Assembly (NCBI GenBank): GCA_963775425.1
Contig: CAVZJB010000011.1
Location: forward strand, 832,001-896,000
Direction of reading: 5' to 3'
DNA: 64,000 nt
Source of the DNA: an uncultured delta proteobacterium
GTDB lineage: Bacteria > Myxococcota > UBA727 > VGSZ01
The number at the start of each line of letters is the position of its first letter. Position 1 is the stretch's first letter. Of the stretch, positions 1 to 9,644 are shown piece after piece. The notes beneath the pieces are model-generated. The model saw only the letters and a program-made list of their open reading frames with translations, was not told where the DNA came from and searched no databases. The position numbers and the translations under genes were made by a program.

Positions 1-1378
1 GCTCTTCCGCCGGCGGCGCCGCTTCCTCGGCGGCCGCGGCCTCGTCCGCGGGTGCTTCATCGGCGGGCGCTTCATCGGCGGGCGCTCCTTCGGCGGGCGC
101 GTCTTCGGCGGGTGGGGCCTCTCCGGCGGCGGGCGGCGCGGCGGCGGGCACCGGGGTCTGCAACGGATACGCGGAGAAGACGCGGTTGACGGTGCGGGCG
201 ATGAACGCGCGCTTGCGGAACAGCACCAACACGGCCGACAGGCTGATGGTGAAGAGCACGCAGCCGAACACGATGTTTTCGATGCGGTGGCCCTCGGCGA
301 TGCCCTTCTGCGCGGGCAGCGACGCGAGCACGGCCGCTGCGAGGCCCTTGGGCACGAGCGCGGAGGCGACCACGGCGTCGTCGCGCGAGGTGGTCTTCGG
401 GCGCAGGCTCACGCGCACCGCGAGCGGCCGCAGCGCGAACACCACCAGCGTCACGAGGCCGCCGAACACGAAGGGCTCGTAGCCGTCGAGCTTGAGGGCG
501 GCGCCGAGGTACACGAAGAACAGCACCTTCAAGAAGAAGGCGGACTCGCCGAGGAAGATCTTCTCGCCCTCGGCGAGGCCGAGGCTTTGCGCCACCGGCC
601 GCTTGCCCGCGATGGACTCGGCGTTGCCGAGCACCACGCCGAACACGAGCACTGCGATGGCGCCGTAGGTCTGCAACAGCTCCGCGAGCGCGAACACGAG
701 GAAGACGGCGGCGCCGAGGACGAGGGTGCTCGCGCGCCGCCGCCGGATCTCGCGCAGCCCCCACGCCCACACCCAGCCCGACGCGCCGCCGACGGCGAGC
801 GCGCCGAGGAGGCCGCGCACCAGGTTGACGGCGACCTTGCCCGGGTCGGCGCCTTTGCTTCCGAGCGCGCCGATGAGCACGAGCGCGGCCACGATGCACA
901 GCACGTCGGACATGGCGCTCTCGAGCACCAGCACGATGCGCGTGCGCGCCGCCACCGGCAGGCCTTGCACCATGGGGATGACCACCGCCGACGACGTCCC
1001 GCCGATGATGGCGCCGAGCAGCATCCCCGCGGGCAGACGCATACCGAACAGCACGGTCGCGAGGAGGCCGACGACGATGATGGTGCTGCTGAACGTGACG
1101 AACGTGATGAGCAGCGACGGGCCGAGCGCGCTCTTCAGCTCGTCGAGGCGGATGCGGGTGGCGCCCTCGAAGAGGATGAGCACGAGGGCGGCGGTGGTGA
1201 ACACCTTGTCGAGGCCGTGCAGATCGGAGACGTGGAAGGCGCCCGCCACGGATGCGACGAGGCCGATGACGAGGAGGATGAGGACGTCCGGGATGCCGGT
1301 GCGCCGAAACACCTCTTCGAGCACCATGCCGAGGAGCACGAGGCCGGCAAAGACGGCGAGGATCGTCGTCGGGCTCAC
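1..1378 (-). CDS. cation:proton antiporter (CPA1/NhaP-like), 3' end runs off the window
   Basis: Not in the ORF track because there is no stop in the window. GTG at 1378 reads MSPTTILAVFAGLVLLGMVLEEVFRRTGIPDVLILLVIG..., with GAIIGGTSSAVVIP and ESAMSDVLCIV motifs typical of CPA1, many TM helices and an acidic Ala/Pro/Glu tail. Confidence 0.85.
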   Translation of the reverse strand, partial: MSPTTILAVFAGLVLLGMVLEEVFRRTGIPDVLILLVIGLVASVAGAFHVSDLHGLDKVFTTAALVLILFEGATRIRLDELKSALGPSLLITFVTFSSTIIVVGLLATVLFGMRLPAGMLLGAIIGGTSSAVVIPMVQGLPVAARTRIVLVLESAMSDVLCIVAALVLIGALGSKGADPGKVAVNLVRGLLGALAVGGASGWVWAWGLREIRRRRASTLVLGAAVFLVFALAELLQTYGAIAVLVFGVVLGNAESIAGKRPVAQSLGLAEGEKIFLGESAFFLKVLFFVYLGAALKLDGYEPFVFGGLVTLVVFALRPLAVRVSLRPKTTSRDDAVVASALVPKGLAAAVLASLPAQKGIAEGHRIENIVFGCVLFTISLSAVLVLFRKRAFIARTVNRVFSAYPLQTPVPAAAPPAAGEAPPAEDAPAEGAPADEAPADEAPADEAAAAEEAAPPAEE

Positions 1379-1421
1379 GGTATCGAAGCGTACTGCCACG
1401 CCGCCGCGCTGCGCAACGCGC

Positions 1422-2270
1422 TCAGCCCTTGAGCGCGCCCGACGTGAGCCCGCCGACGATGCGCCGCTGGAACGCGAACACGAGCAAGGCCACGGGCGCG
1501 GTGGTGACGACGGAGGCGGCGAGGATCTGGCCCCACGGCACCTGGTGCTGACCGCGCAGGAGCGCGATGGCGACGGGGAGCGTGCGGCGCGCCGGCGACA
1601 CGGTGAACGACAGGGCGAACAGAAACTCGTTCCAGCAGTAGACGAAGACGAGGATGGCGGTGGTGGCCACCGCGGGTGCGGCGAGCGGCAGGACGATCTC
1701 GACGAGGATGCGCAGGCGCGACGCGCCCTCGACGAGCGCCGCCTCCTCGAGGTCGCGGGGCAGGGCGCGCATCATGCCGGTGAGGAGCCAGACCGCGAGC
1801 GGCAGCGCGAACGTGGTGTAGGGGAGGATGAGGCCGGGGTACGTGTCGACGAGGCCGACGGCGCGCAACACGAGGAACAGGGGGCCCACCACGGTGATCT
1901 GCGGCAACACGCTGACCGCGAGGACGGCGCCGAGCACGAAGCGCGCCCCGCGCAGCGGGAGACGCGCGAGCGCGTACGCCGCCGGCGCCGCGAGGGAGAC
2001 ACACAGCGCGGTGGTGGCGCCGGCGACGAAGAGCGAGTTCCTGAGGGGGACGAAGAAAGCGCGCTCGGTGAAGAGTGCGACGTAGCTCTCCCCCGTGAGC
2101 GCGGCGCCCGCGACGGGCGCGGTGGCCGTGAACAAGCGCGCCTCCGGCACCAGCGACGCCCACAGCGTCCACAGGAACGGCAGCGCGATGAAGCACACCA
2201 GCGCCACCGCGGTGAGGACGCCGAGGATGCGGTTCATCAGCCGGCCCGATGGCGCCGTCCGGGATGGCAT
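1422..2270 (-). CDS. carbohydrate ABC transporter permease (MalG/SugB-like)
   Basis: EAA motif LPRDLEEAALVEGASRLR, then WNEFLFAL and C-terminal FQRRIVGGLTSGALKG. ATG at 2270 overlaps the upstream TGA. Confidence 0.92.
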   Translation of the reverse strand: MPSRTAPSGRLMNRILGVLTAVALVCFIALPFLWTLWASLVPEARLFTATAPVAGAALTGESYVALFTERAFFVPLRNSLFVAGATTALCVSLAAPAAYALARLPLRGARFVLGAVLAVSVLPQITVVGPLFLVLRAVGLVDTYPGLILPYTTFALPLAVWLLTGMMRALPRDLEEAALVEGASRLRILVEIVLPLAAPAVATTAILVFVYCWNEFLFALSFTVSPARRTLPVAIALLRGQHQVPWGQILAASVVTTAPVALLVFAFQRRIVGGLTSGALKG

Positions 2271-4507
2271 CACGAGCGCTCCTCGTCGCCGACGAGGCGC
2301 ACGTAGACAAGCGCGAAGCTCAGGGCGACGGCGAAGACCACGACGCTGATGGCGGCGCCGGCGCCGAAGCGCAGATCGCGCATCATCGCGTCGTAGGCGA
2401 GCAGAGAGACGGTCTCGGTGGCGGTGCCGGGGCCGCCGCCGGTGAGCACGTAGATGAGGTCGAAGACGCGAACGGCGTCGAGGGTGCGAAACACCACGGC
2501 GACGACGATGGCGGGCCGCAGGAGCGGCAGGACGACGCGGAACAGGCGCTGCGCGGCGGAGGCGCCGTCCATGCGCGCGGCCTCGAGGACGGCCGGGTCG
2601 ATCTGCGCGAGGCCGGCCAGGAGCAGGAGGGTGACGAAGGGCGTGCTCTTCCAGACGTCGGCGACGACGATGGGAACCCAGGCGAGCCACGGGCCCCCCG
2701 TCCAGGGCACCCCCGGCGCCGCCGCATGGAAGAGGAAGCGCCAGATGACCGCGGCGACCACCGCCGGGATGGACCAGGGGATGAGCACGAGGCCGCGCAC
2801 GGCGCCGCGCGCGAAGAAGGCGGCGTGCAGGGAGAGCGCGAGCGCGAGCCCGAGCCCGAGCTCGAGGGCGACGCTGACGACGGTGAAGCCCGCGGTGTGC
2901 GCGAGCGACGCGAGGAACCGCTCACTTCGAAAGATCTCGAAATATAGATGCAAGCCGACGAAGGGATCTCCTCGCCACGGCGCGCGCAGGTCGATGTCCA
3001 TGGATGATTGGATGAACGTCAAAATCAAGGGTACGCCGGCGACCACCGCGAGGAGCCAGAGGGCAGGGGTCGCGAGGCGCCAGCCGAAGCGCGCCTCCGC
3101 CTGCTCCCGCGTGCGCGCGCGAGAAAACGCGAGGGCGGCCGCGGCGAGGGCGGCGGCGCCCGCGACGACGGCGGCGAGCGGCAGGACGGGGAGCGGCCTT
3201 GGCCGCGCCGGCGGTCCCACCGAAGCACCCGGCGCTTTCTCCCCGGGGGCGGGTGGGGCGAGCGCGCGCGCCGCGAGGACGGCGCGCATCTCGCGGGCGG
3301 CGTCGCGCACGGCGTCGCCCGGCGTCGCCTGGCCGGTGAGGGCTTCGTGCAGGTGGATCTGCAAGACGCCGGACAGCTCGCTGTATACCGGGGTCACGGG
3401 GCGGGGCACGGCGCGCTCGAGGATGGCGCGCGCCTCCGCGGGCGGGATCGGGAGCGCGCCCGCGAGCGCCGCCCCGTCGTAGAGCGCCGCCTTCGGTGGG
3501 TACTGCCCGGCGATGCGCGCGCGAGCAAGCTGGGCGTCGTCGGCGACGAGGAACCGCAGCAGCTCGCGCGCGAGGGCAGGGTGCTCGCTGCGCGCGTTGA
3601 CGGCGAGCGCCTGGCCGCCGAGCGCCGCGGCGCCCGGGTGCGCGCCGTCGCCGGGCAGCGGTGAGGTGGCGAAGCGGCCGGCGACCTTGGACTTCGCCGC
3701 GTCGGCGAGGAGCGGCGCGGCGTAGGGCCAGTTGCGCATCATGAGCGCTTCGCCGTTTTGGAAGGAGAAGCGGGCCTGCTCCTCCTGCCACGACACCACC
3801 GCAGGCGGCGACGCGGTGCCGACCATGCCCGCGAGCCAGGCGAGCGCCTTGTCACCCGCGGCGCTGTCGACGACGACGGCGCCGTCGCGGTCGAGGATGG
3901 CGCCGCCCATGCCGCTCAAGACCTCGAGGTAGTCGCAGACGAGCCCCTCGTAGCGCGCGCCCTGCCATGCGTAGCCGACGGGCGTGGCGGCGGGGTGCGC
4001 GCGGGCGTCGGCGGCGAGCTCGTCGAGGGTGCGCGGCGCGTGTTCCAGGAGATCCGTGCGCCAGTACAGGAGCCCGACGTCGACGAACCACGGCGCCGCC
4101 CACAGCTTGCCGTCGTAGCGGCCGGCGGCGACGGCGCCGGGGAAGAAGCCGTCGACGACGTCCTCGTCGATGGGCGCGAGGAAGCCGGCGGCGGCGAGCT
4201 CTGCGGTCCACACGACGTCGACCTGCAGGAGGTCGGGCTCGCTCGCGCCCGCGGCGAACCACTGGACGTAGAGCTGGTGTCGCTCGTCGCCCGCGTCCGG
4301 TGTGGCGCGGATGTCGACGCGGACGTCGGGGTGCGTCGCCTCGAACGCGCGCGCGCGCGACGCGAGCGCCTGGCCCTCGGCGCCGACGGCGCTGCCGGCG
4401 ATAACGAGGTGCACGCGCCCGTCGCCGCCGGCGCACCCGCCCACCCCGGCGCCCGCGACGGCGAGCCCGAGCACCCAGGCGAGCAGGCCGCGCGCGCGAG
4501 GAGGCAC
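2270..4507 (-). CDS. fused sugar ABC substrate-binding lipoprotein + permease (trehalose/maltose LpqY-SugA-like)
   Basis: N-terminal part has a lipobox-like VGGC and DVVWTAELA, LYWRTDLL, YEGLVC, MRNWPYA, PRPVTPVY (SBP family 1). C-terminal part has ADVWKSTPF, EAARMDGAS and VFDLIYVLTGGGPG (MalF-type permease). Start codon approximate. Confidence 0.85.
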   Translation of the reverse strand: MPPRARGLLAWVLGLAVAGAGVGGCAGGDGRVHLVIAGSAVGAEGQALASRARAFEATHPDVRVDIRATPDAGDERHQLYVQWFAAGASEPDLLQVDVVWTAELAAAGFLAPIDEDVVDGFFPGAVAAGRYDGKLWAAPWFVDVGLLYWRTDLLEHAPRTLDELAADARAHPAATPVGYAWQGARYEGLVCDYLEVLSGMGGAILDRDGAVVVDSAAGDKALAWLAGMVGTASPPAVVSWQEEQARFSFQNGEALMMRNWPYAAPLLADAAKSKVAGRFATSPLPGDGAHPGAAALGGQALAVNARSEHPALARELLRFLVADDAQLARARIAGQYPPKAALYDGAALAGALPIPPAEARAILERAVPRPVTPVYSELSGVLQIHLHEALTGQATPGDAVRDAAREMRAVLAARALAPPAPGEKAPGASVGPPARPRPLPVLPLAAVVAGAAALAAAALAFSRARTREQAEARFGWRLATPALWLLAVVAGVPLILTFIQSSMDIDLRAPWRGDPFVGLHLYFEIFRSERFLASLAHTAGFTVVSVALELGLGLALALSLHAAFFARGAVRGLVLIPWSIPAVVAAVIWRFLFHAAAPGVPWTGGPWLAWVPIVVADVWKSTPFVTLLLLAGLAQIDPAVLEAARMDGASAAQRLFRVVLPLLRPAIVVAVVFRTLDAVRVFDLIYVLTGGGPGTATETVSLLAYDAMMRDLRFGAGAAISVVVFAVALSFALVYVRLVGDEERS

Positions 4508-4605
4508 GCGCGGAGTATTGCAGGAGTCGCCGCGCCGCACGTCCGCCGCGTTCCTGCCGGCACCGGGCGCCGGACGGCCGGACGCCGTCAGCCGAAGGCC
4601 GCGGC

Positions 4606-5081
4606 GTGCTCGCGCGCCCACGCCTCGAACGTGCGCGGCTTCCTTTCGGTGGCGCGCTCGACGCCGTCGCTGGTGTGGGCGAAGCGCCCGTCGCGCACGA
4701 GCGAGAACGTCTCGGCGATGCGCGCGGCCGCACCGATCTGCGCGGCCTCGGGATCGTCGTGCAGCGCGGGGCCGCCTCGCCGAGCGCGCTCGCGGAGGAG
4801 GTGGGGCTCACCCGCGCGGCGATGACCACCGCGCTCGACCGCCTCGAGCGAAAGGGCTCGCGCGCAGGCGCGAGGATCCCGCCGATCGCCGCGGCCTCCG
4901 CGTCGAGGCGACCGCCGCCGCCAAGCGCGCGGTGAACGACATCTGGCAGCCCGTGGGCGCCGAAGGGCTCGCGCTGCTCGAGCGCTACGGGGACGCCGAG
5001 CTCGACGTGCTGCCCCGCTTCTTCGAGGACCATTGCGGGCTGCAGGCGGCGCACCCCCGCCGCGTCCAGCGCAGGCGCTGA
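4606..5081 (+). pseudogene. MarR family regulator, frameshifted (or sequencing error)
   Basis: The helix-turn-helix half (TDLRGLGIV..SPSALAEEVGLTRAAMTTALDRLERKG) is in ORF 4606-4935 and the wing half (LARRREDPADRRGLRV) is in the frame ending at 5081. The switch lies at about 4851-4858 (aaagggctc). N-terminus unclear. Confidence 0.7.
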
Positions 5082-5212
5082 CGGCGGCATGACCTGGGAG
5101 TCGGTCCCCGTGTACGCTCGGTCAGCCGAGCCACATGCCCCCCAAGCACCACCACCCGCCGCCCCACCACAAGCACCGCCCCCCACACTCGCGCGCCGCG
5201 TCGCTGTCGTTC

Positions 5213-5653
5213 ATGAAGCGCGAGGACATCGACGAGATCCTGGCGCCGCTGTTGCCCGACGCGCGCGAGCGGGCGCTGGTGCTGCGCTGCGTCCTCGACG
5301 AGGGGCCGGCGCACCACCGCGGCGCCAACTGGGTGCTCATCAAGCTCCTCTCCCTCGTCGCCGGCGACCTCGCGCCCACCGGTGAGAGCGTCCCCGTGCC
5401 GATGCGTCTGCCGCCGCACGTCGCCGGCCACACGGACTCGGTCTATCCGTTGCGGCTGCCGCTCGCGCCGCTCGAGCGCCTCGGCGCCAAGGGCAGCGCG
5501 GAGGTGGAGGCGATGATCGACTGCCTCCTCGATGGTCCGCCGCAGCACGCGCTCGCCAACGTCATCATGGTCTGTCTCGTCGACGCGCTCCTGAGCAAGA
5601 GCGGCGGCGCTCCACCGCGCAAGCCCGGGAAGAAAGCGGCCGCGCAGGAGTGA
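5213..5653 (+). CDS. hypothetical protein with duplicated C..GPxH..AN motif
   Basis: Protein-like composition and GC3-rich codons; TGA overlaps the next ATG. Confidence 0.7.
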   Translation: MKREDIDEILAPLLPDARERALVLRCVLDEGPAHHRGANWVLIKLLSLVAGDLAPTGESVPVPMRLPPHVAGHTDSVYPLRLPLAPLERLGAKGSAEVEAMIDCLLDGPPQHALANVIMVCLVDALLSKSGGAPPRKPGKKAAAQE

Positions 5654-6354
5654 TGCCGGAGCCGCAGGTCAACCCGCTGCCGGCGTCGTTGCTCGACGCG
5701 TTCGCGCTCGCCGCCGGGGAGCTCGGCATGTTCTCGGCGGCGCGCCTGTTCTGCGAGCAGATGTTCGCGGAGGGCGGCGCGGCCCTCGTCGGTCACCTGC
5801 GCGAGCTCATCGGTCCCGTCTATCCGGTGCTCGACGTCGTCGCCGCGCGCGTGCAGGGAGGGGCGCCGCTGCCGTCGCCGGACCCGCGGCCGCTGCTCGA
5901 GGAGCTTCGCGGCATCGGCCGCGTCGTCACGGTCGGCACCGAGGCGTGGATCATCGATGCCCTCGTGGAGCGCTTGCCCGCGACCGTCGCGCTCGGCGTG
6001 GTCCTCGACGAGACGCTCCCGGCGAGCCCGGCGCGCATCGCCGCCAACCTGGAGGGGCGAGCGACACTCGTGGCGCTCGACGAGGTCGTTCGCTGGTCGG
6101 GCGCGCGCACCGCGCTCCTCACCGCCGTGTACGGAAGCGACGGCTACAGCGCCACGGTCTGCACCGCGTGGCTGCGGCTCATGGGCCCCGACACGCGCAC
6201 GTGCTTTGGCGCGCTGGTCGGCTGGAACCTGCTCGGGCCGGCCATGGAGGCGTACCCGCGCTGGCTGCAGCACACGCTGGTCGAAACGTTCACGGTGCTC
6301 GTCGACGATCCCGGCGGCGCGCCAATCAGGGCCGCCGCAGCGGAGCCACGGTGA
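5653..6354 (+). CDS. hypothetical alpha/beta protein
   Basis: Translationally coupled on both sides (TGATG and GTGA overlaps); alternating strand/helix pattern. Confidence 0.7.
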   Translation: MPEPQVNPLPASLLDAFALAAGELGMFSAARLFCEQMFAEGGAALVGHLRELIGPVYPVLDVVAARVQGGAPLPSPDPRPLLEELRGIGRVVTVGTEAWIIDALVERLPATVALGVVLDETLPASPARIAANLEGRATLVALDEVVRWSGARTALLTAVYGSDGYSATVCTAWLRLMGPDTRTCFGALVGWNLLGPAMEAYPRWLQHTLVETFTVLVDDPGGAPIRAAAAEPR

Positions 6355-7670
6355 CCTTCGCGCCTGCGGTGATCCTCGTCGTCGCGCTCGCGGTGCAGGC
6401 GCTCTTGCCCAAGCTGCGCGCGCCCGTGGTGGTGCTCGCCGCGGCGCTCGCGGTCATCGCGGTCACCGCGTCGGGCAAGGGGAGCGCGCGCGACATCGTC
6501 GCCGCCGTCCCGTGGGACGTGCTCGTGCTGCTCATCGCGCTTGGCGCGGTGTCGCAGATCTTCGGAGAGGCGCGCGTGTTCGAGCGGCTCGCGGTGTTCA
6601 CCGCCAAGCACGGCGGCGCCGATCCGCGACGCGTCGTCGTCGTTTTTGGCGTGGTCATGTACGCGGTGAGCGGCCTGGTGAACAACCTGACGGCGCTCCT
6701 CCTGGTGTTGCCGGTTCTCCTCGTGCTCCTGCGGCTCACGGGCACCACCGAGCGTCACGCACGGTGGATCGTGAGCGTGCTCCTGGTCGCGTGCAACCTC
6801 GGCGGCGCCGCCACCCCCATCGGCGACTTCCCCGCCATCCTGCTCCTCGGCGCGGGCGCCATGGACTTCGTGCCCTACCTCGTGCGCGCGTTGCCGATGA
6901 CCGTCGCGGCCCTGGCCATCCTCCTCGCCATCGTCGCGCTGTTCGTGCGGCCCGCGCGCGACGTCCCCACGTCGGCCGCCGCGCGCCGCCTCACGGTGGC
7001 GGTGGTGGAGGCGCTGCACCGACGGGTGCGCGTGCGGCGCCGGCTCTTCATCCCGGGCGCCGTCGCGCTCGCGGGGATGTTGGTGGTGTGGGCGGCGGTG
7101 CCCGCGCGCATCGCGCCGCCCGATCTGGTGGCGTGGGTGGGCGTGCCGCTCGCGCTCCTCGCCATGCCGCGCGAGGCCGCGCGCATCGTGAAGCGCGCCG
7201 TCGACGTCGAGGCCACGCTCTTCTTGTTCGCGCTCTTCGTCCTCGTCGGTTGCGTTCAGCAGACGGGGCTGTTTACGCGTCTCGCCGACGGCATCATGGC
7301 GCTGCCGCTGCCTCCGAACCTCCAGCTCGTCGTGTTCCTCGTGACGGCCGGGGTCCTCACCGGGTTGTTCTCCGCGGGGCCGAGCATGGCCGCGCTCCTC
7401 GTGGTGGCCCGCGCGCTCACGGCGCTCGTGCCCGCCGACGCGGTCTACGTCGGGCTCGCGCTCTCCGTCTGCGCCGGCAGCTCCCTGTTCCTCACGGCGG
7501 CGACGTCGGGTCCGCTCGCGCAGAGCCTCGTCGAGGCCGCGCGCGTCGAGGACCTCTCCGGGCGCCCCGTGCAGCTCGGCTTCGCCCAGTTCCTGCCGAC
7601 GGGGCTCTTGTCGTTCACCGTCATCCAGGCGACGGCCATCGCCTGGGCCCTCCTCCGCCTGTCGCTCTGA
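6351..7670 (+). CDS. SLC13/ArsB/NhaD (IT superfamily) permease
   Basis: SGLVNNLTALL and CNLGGAATPIGDFPAIL motifs, about 12 TM helices; GTG at 6351. Confidence 0.85.
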   Translation: MTFAPAVILVVALAVQALLPKLRAPVVVLAAALAVIAVTASGKGSARDIVAAVPWDVLVLLIALGAVSQIFGEARVFERLAVFTAKHGGADPRRVVVVFGVVMYAVSGLVNNLTALLLVLPVLLVLLRLTGTTERHARWIVSVLLVACNLGGAATPIGDFPAILLLGAGAMDFVPYLVRALPMTVAALAILLAIVALFVRPARDVPTSAAARRLTVAVVEALHRRVRVRRRLFIPGAVALAGMLVVWAAVPARIAPPDLVAWVGVPLALLAMPREAARIVKRAVDVEATLFLFALFVLVGCVQQTGLFTRLADGIMALPLPPNLQLVVFLVTAGVLTGLFSAGPSMAALLVVARALTALVPADAVYVGLALSVCAGSSLFLTAATSGPLAQSLVEAARVEDLSGRPVQLGFAQFLPTGLLSFTVIQATAIAWALLRLSL

Positions 7671-7725
7671 CGGCATCGCCCGCCGCGGATCCGCCGCCGG
7701 CTTGCGTGTCGACCCGGGGTGCGTT

Positions 7726-7753
7726 ACGTTCGGAACGTTCGGTGGTTTCCGAA
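7726..7753. promoter_or_regulatory. putative operator of the GbsR-like regulator
   Basis: Palindrome ACGTTC-G-GAACGT (7726-7738) overlaps inverted repeat TTCGG-N6-CCGAA (7738-7753), just upstream of the regulator. Confidence 0.5.
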
Positions 7754-7770
7754 TGATCCGAAGGAGCCGC

Positions 7771-8376
7771 ATGGCGCGCAAGCCGACCGCCCGCAGCAGG
7801 AGCCCCGCCGAGAAAGGGTCGCGGGGCGCGGCCGGCGCGGACGTCGGCGCGGCCGTCGGCGCGGACGTCGAGGCGATGGTCGAGCGCTTCATGGACGGCG
7901 CCGCCCGCATCTGCCGCATCTACGGAGTGAGCCCGCTCCTCGGGCGCTTGTACGCGGTGCTGTTCCTGTCGGCGGCGCCGCTCAGCCTCGACGAGCTCGC
8001 CCGCCGCGCCGGCGCCGCCAAGAGCAGCGTGAGCGTGTCGCTGCGGCAGCTCGTGCACGTCCGCGTGATCCGCCGCGTCGAGCGCCACGGCGACCGCCGC
8101 GACTACTACGAGGCCGTCGGCAATCCCTGGGCGGTCGTCGCGGAGTGGACGCGTCACTTCCTCCAGCCCGAGCTCGACCTGTGGACCGAGATCAGCGACG
8201 ACGCCGTTCGTACGCTCGAGCGCGCGGGCCCGCGCGACGAGCGGGCCTTGCTCGCGCGCCTCCACGCGTGGCGCGAGCTCCTCGACGTCGTCGGCGTCAT
8301 CCTCAACGACGTCCCGCGCCGCGCGGCCCGCGGGTCGGCGCGGGCCGTGCACATCGCGATCGAGGGTGGCTCGTGA
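7771..8376 (+). CDS. GbsR/MarR family transcriptional regulator
   Basis: YGVSPLLGRLYAVLFLSAAPLSLDELA...AKSSVSVSLRQL...GDRRDYYEA. Start codon approximate. Confidence 0.88.
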   Translation: MARKPTARSRSPAEKGSRGAAGADVGAAVGADVEAMVERFMDGAARICRIYGVSPLLGRLYAVLFLSAAPLSLDELARRAGAAKSSVSVSLRQLVHVRVIRRVERHGDRRDYYEAVGNPWAVVAEWTRHFLQPELDLWTEISDDAVRTLERAGPRDERALLARLHAWRELLDVVGVILNDVPRRAARGSARAVHIAIEGGS

Positions 8377-9644
8377 GCAAGCGTGCGAAGCCCCCCCGGC
8401 CCCGGCGGGCCACCGCGAGCGGCGCGGCCGGCGCGGTCGACGGTCGCGCGCCCGCGCCTCGTCGAGGGCGCCTGGTGCTCGTCTCCGGCAAGGGCGGCGT
8501 CGGCAAGACCACCGTCGCCGCAGCCACCGCCGCCGGCGCCGCCACGCACGGCCACCGCACGCTCGCCATCAGCCTCAATCGCGCGCACAACCTCGGCGGT
8601 GTCCTCGAGACGGCGCTCGGGCCGGAGCCCGTCGCCGTCGAGGGACAGCCCGGGCTGTTCGCGCTCGAGGCCGATCCGCAGGCGGAGCTCGAGCGCCAAT
8701 GGCGCGTGCTCAGCCGCTACTTCACGCGCTTCCTCGCCTGGGCCGGCGTCGGCGGCGCGGAGGCGGCGGAGGTCGCCGTGCTCCCCGGGCTCGAAGAGCT
8801 GTTGGTGCTCACGCGCCTGGTCGACGTCGTCGAGAGCGGCGACTACGACGTCGTCGTCGTGGACCTGGCGCCCACGGCGTCGAGCTTGCGCATGCTGAGC
8901 TTCCCCGAGCTCCTCACGGGGCCCCTGGGCCGCCTGCTGAGCCTCGAGCGCAGCGTGATGCGCTTCGCCCGCCCCGCGATGAAGCGCATGACGCAGGCGC
9001 CGCTCCCCGAGGACGAGGTCTACGACGCCATCGAGAACATCGCCGGACAACTGCAGCGCCTGCGCGAGCTGCTGGTGGATCCGGCGCGCACCGTGGTGCG
9101 CCTCGTCGCCGTCCCCGAGCGCATCGTCATCGACGAGAGCAAGTCGGCGTACGCGTTGCTCAGTCTCTTCGGCCTCTGCGTCGACTGCCTCGTGTTGAAC
9201 CGGGTCCTGCCGGACGGCGCCGCCGTCGGGTGGTTCGAGAGCTGGGGACGCGTGCAGAAGCGCGAACGCGCGCGCGCGGAGCAGGAGCTGGCCGGGCTCG
9301 AGCTGCGTGAGCTCGCGTTTCAGAAGGACGAGGTCTCGGGCGTCCGCGCCCTCGCTCGCTGCGCGCGGGAGATCTACGGCGCGCGCGATCCCGCCGCGCC
9401 GTTTTCGAGCGAGGCGCCCGCCCGCTTCTCCGACGTCGACGGCGCGCCGCAGCTCGAGCTGCACATCCCGAGCACCGAGCGCTCCGACGTCAACCTGCTC
9501 GCGCGCCCCGACGCGCTGATCATCACCGTGGGCGGTTGGCGCCGGCAGCTCCCGCTGCCGGCCTCGCTGCAGGGGCGCGCCGTCGAGCGGGCGCGCTTCG
9601 TCGACGACAAGCTCGTCGTTCATTTCACACAGGAGGAAACATGA
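8373..9644 (+). CDS. ArsA/Get3 family ATPase with C-terminal HSP20-like domain
   Basis: GKGGVGKTT P-loop, LPGLEEL, VVDLAPT and VLNRVLP; the C-terminal beta domain ends RQLPLPASL...ARFVDDKLVVHF. Confidence 0.9.
   Translation: MSKRAKPPRPRRATASGAAGAVDGRAPAPRRGRLVLVSGKGGVGKTTVAAATAAGAATHGHRTLAISLNRAHNLGGVLETALGPEPVAVEGQPGLFALEADPQAELERQWRVLSRYFTRFLAWAGVGGAEAAEVAVLPGLEELLVLTRLVDVVESGDYDVVVVDLAPTASSLRMLSFPELLTGPLGRLLSLERSVMRFARPAMKRMTQAPLPEDEVYDAIENIAGQLQRLRELLVDPARTVVRLVAVPERIVIDESKSAYALLSLFGLCVDCLVLNRVLPDGAAVGWFESWGRVQKRERARAEQELAGLELRELAFQKDEVSGVRALARCAREIYGARDPAAPFSSEAPARFSDVDGAPQLELHIPSTERSDVNLLARPDALIITVGGWRRQLPLPASLQGRAVERARFVDDKLVVHFTQEET

Noticed and set aside
6351-9644. Classical ars operon (arsB-arsR-arsA)
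   Set aside because: The regulator is GbsR/MarR-type, the ATPase is single-domain with an HSP20 tail and no evident metalloid-binding Cys set, and arsC/arsD are absent.
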